DNA of 64,000 nt, from NCBI GenBank assembly GCA_008632985.1, contig QPGO01000137.1:1-64000 (forward strand), in the 5' to 3' direction. This DNA comes from Psammoneis japonica. Its lineage: Eukaryota. The position numbers were made by a program, and so were the translations under genes. Of the stretch, positions 37,582 to 50,230 are shown in pieces. The notes below the pieces were generated by a model. That model was not told the origin of the DNA. It made no database searches and saw only the letters and a list, made by a program, of their open reading frames with translations. Each line of letters begins with the position of its first letter. Within the stretch, counting starts at the first letter, position 1.

Positions 37582-37986
37582 CCCTTCAACCACCAGCCTT
37601 GAGCAAATCTCCACAGTTGGAGATTTGCTTGCTTGCATCACAAACACAGCAAATGGAGCAATTTCAGATGTGAGCAATGTTCAATTTGCGCAATTTTGTT
37701 TTGGAGCGCGCATTCACCAAAAATCTGGGGGACCCTTTTTGCAATTTAGAAAGTTCAATGTCGACTTTTAACACCGGTTTTTTTGCAAGCTCCATCTGTG
37801 GACAGAGAGGAGCCAAATCTCACCCTCAAACAATGCAGATTGTGCGAATTGCTGTCACAAACAGAGCATTGACGCCACACCCTCGGAGTTTTGGTTGTGT
37901 CATTGTGGAGGTGCGTGGCATGTCACACATCCTTGAGCAGAGCAAATCTCCACCCGTGGAGATTTGCTTCCCTGGTGGTTGAAGGG
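37582..37986. mobile_element. Non-autonomous piggyBac-like element, short copy
   Basis: tcaa|cccttcaaccacc ... ggtggttgaaggg|ttga. Inverted homolog of part of 27245-28371. Confidence 0.88.
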
Positions 37987-38225
37987 TTGACACATTCTGC
38001 ACTTCCGTTTGGGGATGCCCAGACCAGAGCAACTGTCTGCAGCTCTGATGCCATCAGTGCTTCCCTCTGGCCATGCTCCACACTCTTGACATCAAGTGCT
38101 GCGCCTGACTCCATCAGCTGGACAGCCAGTTCCGCCAGAAGGTTTGTTGTTGATTTTGCACGTGCACCATCTCAGGTCCCACTCCACCCTGTGGCCCTCC
38201 TGAGACCCAAGAGAGTTCTCTGAGC

Positions 38226-39112
38226 TTGCACTCTTTGATGGAGAACGTCCCAGACAACTGGCCCAACTCAACAGCTTCAAGCACGCTGTCGGACATGGCT
38301 GACGACCCCAAGATGTTGGAGGGCCAGCCTCCTGAGGATCAACCTCCGCCAGAGGACAATCCACCCCCTCAGGATCCCAGCGATTCAGATGACGAGGACA
38401 TTCCGGCCTTGGAACATCACCCGGATGATTCAGGTGATGACTCGGATGATGAGAGCCCACCACAGGCAATGACATGATGAATGACAAACGTCGCACACTT
38501 CAGGCCATGGCTGCGATGGCAGCGCGGTGATCCCGAAGATGAAAGTCTGCACGCCCAAGGCTCATCCCAAGATGGGGGGGGAGTTGTCTCCATTGGTTCT
38601 GCTGAGAAAGTGGCTAGGACTGGTGGGAAACCCAAGGCTGATTGGTCCGGACTGGATCCGTCTGCCAATTCCAGCCCAACGTCTCTGAACCAGCATTGGT
38701 CTCACCACATCTCTTCAGCCCAGAAGAGCAAGGCCTGCTGCGTTGCTGGCGTTTGCTCCACGTGTGGTCGTCTGAAACATTCTTTTGGAAAGGAGGACAC
38801 AAAACATCAGCATTCAGGTGGAGCCATCTTTGTTGATCACTCATCCGGTTGCATCAATGTTCAGCATCAAACTCACCTCAATGCCCGTGAGACTCTGAAT
38901 GCCAAGAACGCTTTTGAGGCCCATTGTCGTGATTGTGGCATTGTTTCCTCAAGAGTGTTTGAGTGACAATGGAAAGGCATTCACGTTGGCCAATTTTTGA
39001 GTTCACTTGGAATCTTTTGCTCAAGCATGGAAGTGTGCCGGTGTTGGGGCTCACCACCACAACGGAGTTTGTGAACGTGCAATGCACACTGTCATGTCGA
39101 TTGCAAAGAAGG
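38226..39112 (+). mobile_element. Internally deleted Ty1/Copia (CoDi-like) relic including integrase core
   Basis: GRLKHSFGKE..HSGGAIFVDHSSGCINVQHQTHLNARETL.AK..FE..CRDCG, SDNG, GVGAHHHNGVCERA. Confidence 0.85.
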
Positions 39113-39114
39113 CA

Positions 39115-40097
39115 CAAGCCCCTCCTGCAAAGTCATCACTGAAATGCTTGCTGATGATTGCCGTGCATGCGCAAAGGGTGACATCGTCCATCTCAACCCC
39201 TTTCTGGAGGACACCCACATTCTGTGTGGCTGTCTTGCGCTCATTGGGGTCCTCATCAAGCACCGCAAAAGCACTGGTCAGTTTGGAGGTGTGCATTTCA
39301 AATGACAAGCACCTTTTGTTCTTGCAACGCAGCATCTCGATCGGCGCCTTTGCCAATTGAGTGCATTTTCTGAGCTCTCCCTGGCCATTGCAGTGATCGG
39401 TTCACACCCAGAAGGCACGCTGCCCATCTTCTGTGGAGTTGAAAGACTCAATCCAATCACACCCATCTGCACTGACGAGATGTTTCTTGAGGCAATGGCA
39501 CATGGTCTTGTTGTCTGTCTTGAAGGATGGTCCATTCAAGAGAATGTCAAACATGCACTCCTCGGCGGCATCTGCAAATGCCGCTGGTGCCGCTGAGGGC
39601 CTGACCACATGTTGCAACAGTTCCTGGATGACCCCAAGCCATTGAGATAGAAAGTTGAGCAACGAGTCTTCCATGATCTCAAACTCCTCTGCCTTGAACT
39701 TGGGCAAATCGCTCACTTTTGTGTCTGAGTCATGGCGGTTGGCCTGGGCACACTTTAACTCGCGTGCCTTGACCAGTGCCGCTTGATCAAAATCTGCTGC
39801 TGCAAGAGCATGGCCACACTTCTGACAATCACGAATCCACCAAACGAAAACCTGCAAATTCTTGAGCTGGGTGGCACCTGTCACCACCCTGCCATCCTGC
39901 ATGGCGTGCCTGCCGGCATGACTTGCCAGCTCTTTGACATCCTTGTCACCTTCCATCAGGGCAAGATGTTCCAGGGTGTTGAACCCATCATGGAAGACAA
40001 GACGGGCCCTTGCACCTTGATCGTCAAAGCCGCGCACACCTGTGGGACGGTGTCAAAGTCTTCAGCTGCCGCCAAAGCCACGAGGGCTGCTGCTGGT
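39115..40097 (-). mobile_element. Copia-type gag relic
   Basis: LQHVVRP..GPSFKTDNKTM..LKKHLVSADGCDWI..EDGQRAF..LRCKNKRCLSFEMH resembles a diatom Copia gag with Y->H/C changes. Confidence 0.7.
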
Positions 40098-40101
40098 TGG
40101 G

Positions 40102-40497
40102 GACGGGTTCCAGTCCCAGGTGGGACTTTTTGTGACATTTGGCCCGCAGAATTCTGCGTGCGAGCTCCGTGCCAAAATTGTTGAGCAATGCATGTGTGAA
40201 TGATCGCCAACAGAAAAAGAGGCAATTTTGTGAACGCATCTCCTCCTCCACACTTGAAGTGCATTCTTTACAGCATGCCCGGGTGTGTTCTTCAGACATT
40301 AAAGAACGTGCCCAGTGCATTTTTGTTGTCATAAATGTGGACAACAGAAAGCCTTTGGCTTCGCAAAACAGGCAGTGTGGAACAATTTTTTACAATGGAA
40401 CACGCAGAAATGCACGTGCGAAACATGCGACGGATGACAAAAAACATTTATGTCACAGTTCAGCAGTGCGAGGTCCCACCTGGAGCTGGAGCGCATC
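40102..40497. mobile_element. MITE family 1 copy
   Basis: gacgggttccag ... ctggagcgcatc; TSD TGGG. Confidence 0.92.
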
Positions 40498-41245
40498 TGG
40501 GCTGCTGCAACAGTTCTGTTGATGGATGTGAGGAAAAATGTTGGGTTGTGAGATTTGCGCATGCACACTGGGTTGATCAGGAGACTGAACGCATTCGAGC
40601 GCCATGGCAATGGTGCCATGCAGTCAACCGGTGCTGGGTGGCCAGACCCAGACCTTTTCTTCTCATTGGGAACATGCGTGAGCTTGCTGCCCCACACTGC
40701 ACTGTCCAACACCCATTGAAATGTTGGAAACTGACTGAATCGCAAGTGTGATCCCATTCTGACCGCATCGTCTCATTGTCGACTTCGACAATTTTTGTTC
40801 ACACGTGGCAGGTTTGCACACGCAGGACTCAGGATGTTTTCTGCGGCCAGCTCCCAGGTGGTTCTCAACAACAGCAAACGCATGCGCGCATCGCTTTCGA
40901 AACAGTTCACACGATCGTGATTTCAATGCGCTCGGATGCTCACTCTGAAGCTTGGCTCTGATGAAGCGAACAAATCTGGATGTGGAGCTGTGGAGCCACA
41001 GCGCCCTTACCCTAAAAGATGCGTTATCGCATCGTTCTCTACCGGTACAAGATTATGCTACTCTCTCGTGCGTGGCCCATGCTAGCGTCGTCTGTACGAC
41101 CACCGCATCGGATTTTACTCGGGACGACTCATCAAAGCTGAGGTGCCCTACTGTACAGCCCTACAGCATCGCTGCGCGGCACCAGGCACCACTCTCCAAT
41201 CTCCATCGTGACCATCATAGCGATAGGGTATTTCGGCCCGGCACA

Positions 41246-42873
41246 ATGAGCTCGTTAGACACTGTGAACGTTAAAGAGGAAGCATTCCAAGCGATACGTA
41301 TATCTCCCGTGTATGCCAGTGGAATAGAAGGGGTTGTGGTCGATGGCTCGAGCTTTCGCCACGCCGTTACTTCGTCCTCTGTTGTGAGTATTCTCTACGC
41401 GACGAAGCTATTGGCCGGTATACCAAATCCGGCGGATTATGATTTAGATGGCCTCATTGCACTTGCCATTATGGACTCCAACACTGTTAAACAAAACAGC
41501 AGCAACCGACGGCAAAAGCGAGACCAGTGGAAGTACGCGGAAAGTGAAGACCAATCATACATTTCACTGAACACGCAGGCTCTCAGAAGCGATACAACGA
41601 TCAAATCGGTAGGACTCGAAGCAAGCGACACACATTTCATGATGTTTAAAAGCGGAAACTCGAAGGTCGATTGCTTTCGTTTCCGTTTCACAAACACTAC
41701 CGACTATGCGGTGGATCCCGATGGAAACCCTGCAGAAGTGGACAACGATTTGTTCAACCTCTGTGGGTTGTCGGACTGGGGTGACCTAACGTGTGGTGAC
41801 CTAAAAATTCACGCCCAGCGACTGGAGGTAATCCAGCATGCCCTCAGCTCTGGCGTAATTGATAGTCGGGAAGAAAAACACACCCAAATACTTTTCGAGC
41901 ACTTTCTAGGAGAGCTGGTCAAGTTATTGCCGGGAGGAAACAACTTTCGTGTGGGAAGCGTTGCTGGAATGGAACCGGTCAAGGTTGCGGTGGAAGTTTC
42001 CAACACTTATCTCGCGTCCCAGAATAAACCGACTGTGAATGGAGCGACGGGAAAACAGGTCAATTTGACGGCTGAAGCGACGTGGTAGTTATCGACGTTT
42101 CGTCAAATCCTGACCTCTCAAATAGGAAAGAGAACTTCCTGAACTGTTCCTACAGCATAGAGATGAAAGATGCAGGGAAGCTCAAGAACTCAGCGACAAA
42201 ACCAAAATCACAACTTATCGCGGAATCCTTGGCCAAGCATCTCGAATTGAAGGCTAGACTTAACCCTACTGAAGTTTTCTACTCAGTCTTGTGCGACGGT
42301 TACAGTCTCTGCATTATGCTTCACTTTGCTGAGGATCAGACTGCTTTCCCTTCGCACCGTGAGATTGAACCCGGCCGAATCGTTGTATTGCTTGCTTGGC
42401 TCCATCGATTGGCGACAGACAGAGCAAACCTGACTTCCAGTTCTTTCCGGGACTTGGATCTGATCCAAGTTGGTAACATGATGGAAGAAGAGATTACCGG
42501 CTCCTTGCATAAGAAACGATCGTCGACTGCGGCTGGAGGCTGTGATAGCGGTGGTGGTAAGCAGCGCTCTCGAAAACAACAGGCAATTACAGGCAGCAAG
42601 AGCAGGGATGAACCCTCTAGGAAGAAAGTGGCAGCAGCTGAATCGCCCGATGACGCTTGGTTTTGCCTCGACCTACCTGCGTGTGATCGGATAGAGCGAC
42701 AAGAAGAAAGGGCGCAGCAGCTCTCCATGTTTTCAGCGCTTCGGAACTACCGCAGCTTTAATGATCCATTGCCGGCAACGGAAGCTATAGTAAAATTGAT
42801 GGAACAGAAGAATGGAGGGGCCATACCCCCCTACGAGGAAAGGTTGGCTAGATTAGATGCATCAAAAGCCTAA
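41246..42873 (+). pseudogene. Frameshifted PD-(D/E)xK nuclease-like (Crinkler-type) gene
   Basis: ORFs 40952-42088 and 42082-42873 join if one base is added near 42070-42076, giving LT..SDVVV..SIEMK..PKSQLIAE..YSVLCDG. Normal TpA. May be an assembly indel. Confidence 0.65.
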
Positions 42874-43520
42874 AGTCGTGAGCTACAGTCAGAGTTCAAA
42901 GACGGTCTCAATCGAAATCTCCGGTTCATCTCTGGTCAGGAAGGGGACGTCGAGCTTCTGATCGCAGTTCCGCTGGTGGATAAACGTTGACGGCTCCTTT
43001 TCTTTGTCTACCTCCAGAGACACAACTTCGTGTTGTATTGTATATCAGCGGATAATGACGTTGTCCACATCGGTGGGTTTCACTGGAGACGCTCAGGGTT
43101 ACCGTGGTCCTTTTCTGGACGAAAGAGGGCCTTACCCATTGATTTTACCCCATGAAAGATCTTGCCTTTGAATCCGGCGACAATTTTAGATACAATGGCG
43201 AAGAACGCGGGAGCAAGGAAGAGCTTCTGCTCTCTCCAGGGTCCTGGTCCTCTTCCGCATCGATGCTTTACTCTTTCGCAAATTTGGAGAATTTCACAGC
43301 GGCTGGTGTTCCATGAAAAGTTGTGAAACGAAATCTGGTCTTGTTTCTCTTTTTTGTCCGTGACTCTCTAAAGTATACCAGGGGTCGAAATGCCGAAAGG
43401 AGAAATATTGCATTTGCAGTGAGTCTCTACTTTTGCAGGAGTAGCATTAGTGTTAAATTTGGCAGAATGACGAGGCAAACCAGCAATCATAATTTGGTCC
43501 TCATCCGCCAAACTTTTGGG

Positions 43521-44050
43521 TTACATCTCAATACCAAAGTGCGCAAAGATGTTGTTTACGATGATGAAGTATGCCATCAGCCCACTTACATCAACGAATG
43601 ATGTCATCGCTGGTGCTGAAATGGTCGCTGGGCCCAATCCCGCCGCAACGCAAGCAAAGGGAATAAGCGATCCCATCGTTGCTGCAATGGTGGATGTCAA
43701 CGGGAGAGTACATGATACCACCGCTGCAAACATGCACAGATACCCCATAAAATTGTGAACAATGGGCCCAACCACCTCACCTAGGAAACAGCCCACAGTA
43801 AGCCCACTCAAAGCTTCTTTTGAAATTACTCGAGGAGTATCTCTAAGTGTAATTGTTCCAGATGACATTGCACTCAGGACTGTTCCCCCGTTTGACCCCC
43901 GTAGTTCCGCCGTGTCCTGCCAATAGAAGGACAGAGTAAGCTAGTTCAATTTGACGTGAAAGCGTGTGCTCAAATCCATTCATAATTATTGCAGTCAACG
44001 AAAGCGATACCAAGAAAAGACTTAGCCATCCCACTCTACTTTCTAGACAT
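43521..44050 (-). pseudogene. MgtE/SLC41-type Mg2+ transporter membrane domain, frameshifted
   Basis: RVGWLSLFL..LLAGHGGTTG(G)Q and GSLIPF..GLGPATISAPAMTSFVDV. The frame is lost in G runs at ~43884-43900, and conserved PLL/GGN/DPA residues are altered. Confidence 0.8.
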
Positions 44051-45779
44051 TGCCAAGTGGAAAGTTTTTTGTAGCCGCGAGGTCGGAGGTCGGCTCTGTT
44101 TACTTAGCTTTTAGTCGAAGTATTCGATACTACTGCCACATGCGCGGGGACTTAAAATTAAAACATCGCGTCGCGTGCAAGCGACGAGATGATGACGGGT
44201 AGAGCTGGAAGTCGCCGCAAACCGGGGAAAGTAACACTATCACAAGAACACAGCACACGACATTGAATGTAATTTCAGGCAGAATGGCAAAAAACATTCC
44301 ATGGCAATCACGTTCGTGTGCACAAACAAAACCAATGCAACACTCATGTTTCAATGTCTTGTTCGAAAATGCACTTGTCCATTGTTTGATTGTGAGCTTC
44401 CGTTGAGTCAGTCCGAGTCACAGCCGTTGATGACTTTCCCCATTTTTGCTGTGGCTCGCCATGTGTGTCTGCACTTTGGTCATTCGTGTGTCTGCGGGCC
44501 GCTGCAATGTTCAAGTAAATTTGACGCAAATGACCAAAAGACAGCCAACGGAAACATTCAAAAATTGGACTCAACAAAACCAGACATGAGGGTCAGTGCA
44601 ATCGTCGGCTTTTTTTCGGCACAAAGTCAACAAAACGCCATCTCGTTGTGCCTCAATTGATCATGCTGAACAGTGACATTGGATCTCATCATGTGACGTT
44701 CCACCCCCTCTGCCTTGCCCAGAACATGGCCTCTCCACCTGCTGCTGCAGTGGCCAAGCATCCCAAGAAACATCTCTCCAGTTGTGGTGGCCTTGCTTGT
44801 TTTCTTCAAATCATGACCACAGGTCGTCCTTCATTTTCTTTCCCTTGGACTCTCTGGGCCAGTGCCTCAGCTCCTTGTGTGCAGTTGGGTGGTGTCGAGG
44901 TCATTTGAGGAAGGGTGGTGTGGCGTTGCGACAGATCCCTCTGGTTGACCCACCATTCGCTTGACCCCATCCTCCTGAGGCTCTTCCTTCACCTGCCTCA
45001 GCTGCCGGTGGCTCGGCAGTGCATGAGCCGCCCCTCCCTCCAACAGCCTCACTCATTGAGCTTTGCTTTTGATCTTCAGCATCACATTGCAGACGTCTCA
45101 GCACCATCGACATCCTTGGGCGCTGCCTCAGGTGGAAAATGTGCTCACTGCGAGAGGCACTCTTCAGAGGAGAAGATCCACTTCTCTTGGGTCTGTGGTC
45201 GATTGATGCCAGTGCTGCCCCGCTGCTCACCTCTTCTGCAATGCATTTCCTCTTGCACTTGTCATTGTCTAGATGACTTGGCTGTTCTTGCAGCTGAGCT
45301 GGGGAAAGTGAGCTGCTCGCCCCCTGTTTTTGAAATTGTTCGAGTCGACCCACCCCCAATTTCGCCACTCCTTCCACAGCATTGGCAACCTTTGTTCAAC
45401 ACACTTTTGCCAAATTTTCCCTGACTTGTTCATGTCCACAGAAGCCATTGCATGAACGGAAGTGAGGCCCGTCGTTGGCAGCATTGGCGGGACCAACAGT
45501 TTTTCATGGGGAACTTTTTTTCACACAACTGAGATCAGAGACCCCAGGGTCATCATCTGTTGAATGACAGAAATCTGTCAACAGAGTTTCTGTCACTCAC
45601 AGGAGAGAAACCATCCCACCCGAGTTGTGTTGCACAGACTGAGCCAACCAACAGCCTCGCCGATGCCAAGCCACTGTGCGCATCATTGACACAACCGCAT
45701 TAGAACAATGTAAATCTGGCAGTCATTCATGTCACAAACATGCCATCCAACAAACTGTGGGTGTCTCTTGCCACTTCCA

Positions 45780-47200
45780 AATGACAAAACACCTTTCCGT
45801 TGGTCTCAGACAAGCATCTGCACTGCAGCCAGAACCACGGCCTCCAAAACCACCATCAGCGGCATTGGCATTGCGACCTGCTTCACGACTGCTGCCGCGA
45901 CAGTTGCCGGTTATGACGCTGACACCACTGGTGCCACCACCACCACTGCCATTGTCCAAATGTCCACCACCATGCCATGTCCAACACAAGGGCCACCACC
46001 ACCACCGTCATCCAAGCATCCCCCACCATGTCCCACACTAGAGCCACCACCACGGCTGAAGCATGGCCCCGACCATGGCCACCAATCAGTGGCGTCAACA
46101 TTGCGACCTGGCATTGCGACCTGCTGCATGACTGCCACCGTGATGGCCACCGGTTGCAGTGCCAATGCCACTGCAGTCATTGCCACCACTGCCACTGCCA
46201 TCGCCACCACGGTTTCCAAATGTCCACCACCATGTCTGCCACCACATCCAACACAAGCACCACCACCACGGCCCCAACCATGGCCTCCACTGCCACCATC
46301 AGTGGCGTCGGCATTGCAACCTGCTGCACAACTGCTGCCATGACAGCTGCCGGTTGCAAGGCTGATGCTGCTGCCACCATCACAACCACCGCCATCATTC
46401 AAATGTCCACCACCATGTCCAACACGAGGGCCCCCACCACCGCCTCGACTGCCACCATCAGCAGCATCGGCACTGCAACCTGCCAAATGACGCATCGCGC
46501 ATGTCACCGCCAATGAGGCCTGCTTGGCCTCCCACACCACCAGCACCACCAAGCATGTCACTGCCAGTGCCACCTGCTTGGCCTCCCACACCACCAGCAT
46601 CAAGCACGTCACCGCCAATGTGGCCTGCTTGGTCTCACACCACCGGCCCGGCCTCCCACACCACCAGCATCATCGCCAACACGGTCCCCTGCCACCAATG
46701 CGGCCTGCTCAGCCTGCCACAGCACCATCATCCCTGCTGCTGTCATCCAAATGTCCACCATGACATGCATCGGGAGGGGGGCTGATCACGTGATGGCAAC
46801 TGGTTTCAAGGCTGTCGCTGCCAACCCGATTGCCAATGCTTGCGGCACCATCCACGCCATGTCCGCTGCAGCACCCAACATCATCTCCACCACCCTCTCC
46901 ACCTTCCTTGGCATGTCCAGGATCATTGTTGGGTTGAGGAGTGCCAACAGATGCGGTGCTGCCTGAGTTGTCACCTGCTGCATGACAACTGTCGTGATGG
47001 CTGCCGGCGTCAACACTTGCGGCACCGTCCGCGGCACATCCACTGCGGTGTCCAACATCCTCTCCTTGCGGCACCATCTGCAGCATGTCCACTGCGGTGT
47101 CCAACATCCTCTCCACCAACATGCCTGCCACCACCACATCCACCACCACGGCCACCACATCCACCAAAATGGCCACCATGTCCACCAGTCAGAACCGTCC
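45780..47200. repeat. Degenerate low-complexity (cca/gcc-rich) repeat array
   Basis: caaatgtccacca recurs at ~45957, ~46217, ~46400 and ~46748; nearly TpA-free. Confidence 0.75.
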
Positions 47201-49200
47201 GAGTTGTCACCCACCACAGAAATGCAGCACCATCCTTGGCATGCCTGAGACCATTGTGAACTCAAGGAGTCCAAACACACATCCCCCGTTGGGGCGGCAT
47301 TGTTTGAATCCACAATTGTGATTGCACATGACAAAAAAATTTGCTCTGTCTGCAACAAGAAAAAGGGGAAATTAAATGAGAGAGCAACATGGTTGAGAAA
47401 TCAAAAGGGGCGGGTGACTGCGGTGAATCATCATGGTCAAATTTGGTGCACACTGCATGCCTTGCATTCCAAGGAGATGAAGTGTCAGAGAAAAAAACGA
47501 TGATGTGTCAGGTGCTGGATCAGTTGTGTCAGCATCCTTGATGATGCAGACACTTGACAACATGTGCATCGTTCGGGTGTTCCATGGATGGTTCTGGCTG
47601 CAGCATTCTGCAAAGGCAGGAGGTCCAAAGGGGGCGGTGTGATTGATTGCAGTGAATGCAAGGGTGATGGATTTGTTCTTGCATCGTGGTTTGTGTGGTC
47701 GTGGATTCGTGTGGTTGTAGATTTGCGGTCATGCAACAACATTTTTGTTGTGTCCTTGTCAATGCATGTTGAGTCCCATGGAGGGGCGGTTGACAAGATT
47801 GAGCAAGTCCCGCAGGAACAAATTGGGCAGAAAAATTGATCAGGAATCCTGCGTGAAAAGGATGTGGAAAAATGCATGGGGTTGCCACTTGAGGAAACCA
47901 TGTGAAAAACATTTGGCAATCAAAACAAACACAAAAAAACAAACAGAAAGAACAGCGTGCAGAATGAAAAAGTTTGTGATGCAGGATCATCTGCAATGGT
48001 CACAGGGAGCAAGGATGACCCTGCACACAAAAGTTCAAATGGATGAAGCTTTTTTGTCCTGTCTGCGCATCTGCACAACCCACAGACACACGGAACTGGC
48101 TGCTGTGACTGATTGTGCTTTCCCCCCAAATTCCTGGAAAGCAACATCTTTCCCCGAGTGTGCTTTCCACGGATGTGCTTTCCTCGAACATGTCACACTT
48201 TCCGGAATTCAGAGGAAACTTTCTTGGATCAGAGCCAACAACAACTCCCCTCCACAACCCATCAAGGCAAGAAACAAAAATGCGGTTTCGTTCATCAAGA
48301 TCAGGGCTTGGTCTTGTCAAGATGTTTTGACACGGCATTGACAAGCGCCGTCCGTGCTTTGAAGCAGTGTGCATCATTGCGCCGTGCCAGCTGGATGCGG
48401 TGCTCTGCTTTTTGATGTGCAAAATGCAAAATCTCAAATGGCAGCAAATTTCGACAGATTTGCATGCAGACAGACTTTCCCCATTTTTGCTGAACTTTTG
48501 CTGTTTTTGCTTTTCCCGATTTTACTTTCTCCATTTTTGCTTTCCCCATTTTGAGGCAATCGCAGGACCAGCGCATTGTCAGACAGACCATCATGGCCCA
48601 TTTTTGACACAAATGGAATCTTGCTGATCGGTGGGAGTTGTGCACAAGAGATGTTTGCGCCAATTGCACGGGGACAAACAAAACAGAACCAGGAATCTGT
48701 TGATCTGATTTTTCTGGATTCCGATTCTTGTGACTTTTGGACAAATTGCCGTTCAATGCCAATGACAACATTGACACGTTTGAGCACCAACAGCAAAAGA
48801 CCATGCAACAGACACTTGACAAAGTCATCAATGATGCTCTTTGGAACACAGATGCGTCAAGAAACCCACCTCAACAAACTCCCAATTGTTTGACAATCAA
48901 GTGCATCAAGTGGTGGCACAAAACTAGAGCACTGAATTGGCACGACATTTTGCCATCAAAGGGGTTGCTCAAGACAGGTTTCATGGCTGGATGCACTCCA
49001 TTGATTGATGAACTAAATGTCCACAATGCTCAAAAATTGGAGAACATGTCACTGATGTGACTGTCACTGCAACAATGTTTGAACATGATGTTGCCAATTT
49101 TTGTGATGATGTGTGCAGCGCGCACGAAGCATGCAGTGCAAAAAAATCATGGAGTTGAGTCGCCTTGCCTTCCATCAGTCAGCTCTGCAATTGCTTTGAG

Positions 49201-49553
49201 GAGCATGCGTTGAATGACGAGCTTGTTGCATTGAACAATTGTTTGTGTGCACATTCATTTGGGTGGAAATTGAGGGCAATCATGTTTTTACCAATGGAAA
49301 GGTTTTGCAATTAAAATGTCCCATGCGCATCATTTGATCTTTGTCATGGATGCCAAAGTGAGATTTGTGATTGCCTTGAAGAGCACACATTGAATGACGA
49401 ACTTGTTGTGTGAAACAGTTGTTTGTGCGCATGTTCATTCAGGCAGAAATTGAGGGCAAGCACATTTTTCCCAATGGAAAGGTTTTGCAATCAAAATGTG
49501 CTGTGCACGTCATTTGATCTTCATCATGGATGCCAAAATGAGGTTCGCGATCA
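49201..49553. repeat. ~180-bp diverged tandem duplication
   Basis: Units start gagca..ttgaatgacga at 49201 and 49381; many differences are CA vs TG. Confidence 0.85.
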
Positions 49554-49928
49554 GGTGGGGGACAACATCTGATGCACTTTCCCTTGTTTGCAGTGACTTC
49601 CTGTCCCGCCGGGAATGTGTCATTGGTTGTTGGTTTCTGTTTGGTGATGCAACAGGAATCATTCAAAAATGTCCGCATGGTCATCACAAAATTTGCTGGG
49701 GGAAAAATGTGGAAATTGTGTGGAAATGCACACAATGTCACACCAAAAAGAGATTGGCACTGACAACTCTTGGGCAAGTCAAGTGGACCTGTGATCCATC
49801 TGGGGCATTGGCCTTCGTGGTGTTTGGTCCAATGCCCTGGATCAGTTGAAGGCTTCAATTGGTTTGCAGGGGAGCTGGCACCCAGCTTTTGGTGTTCGTT
49901 TTGGTCTTCTGGAGCACACCCGACATGA

Positions 49929-50230
49929 CCTCAAACTGTCATTTGAGTCATTTTGTTTGACAAAAAGCAAGTGACCGTTGGCCTCCTGACAGTTTGAGAC
50001 AAACCACTTGCGGTTTGAGACAAACCACTTGCGGTTTGAGATGGAACAGTTTTGATGAACCAGTTTGAGACAAAATGGTTTGAGACAAAGTTTGCCTCCA
50101 ACTGCCCAGTGGTTTGAGATGATCCCAAACCAGTTGTTTGAGACAAATGCGTGCTGTGCACCAATGCCAGTTTGAGAGAATGACTGGACAGTTTGAGACA
50201 AACTTTGTCTCAAACTGAGTGGTTTGAGAT
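49929..50230. repeat. Cluster of ~12 GTTTGAGA motifs, direct and inverted
   Basis: For example ggtttgagacaaaccacttgc repeats and the palindrome agtttgagacaaactttgtctcaaact at ~50190-50216. Confidence 0.85.

Noticed and set aside
42059..42078. Intron explaining the frameshift in the second nuclease gene
   Set aside because: The local GT..AG spans are too short for a credible spliceosomal intron.
45780..47200. Mucin-like or proline-rich protein gene
   Set aside because: No consistent frame, start or signal peptide; TpA-depleted like the repeats.
49990..50230. CRISPR-like appearance of the GTTTGAGA repeats
   Set aside because: Repeats are too short, spacing is irregular, orientation is mixed, the context is eukaryotic and there are no cas genes.
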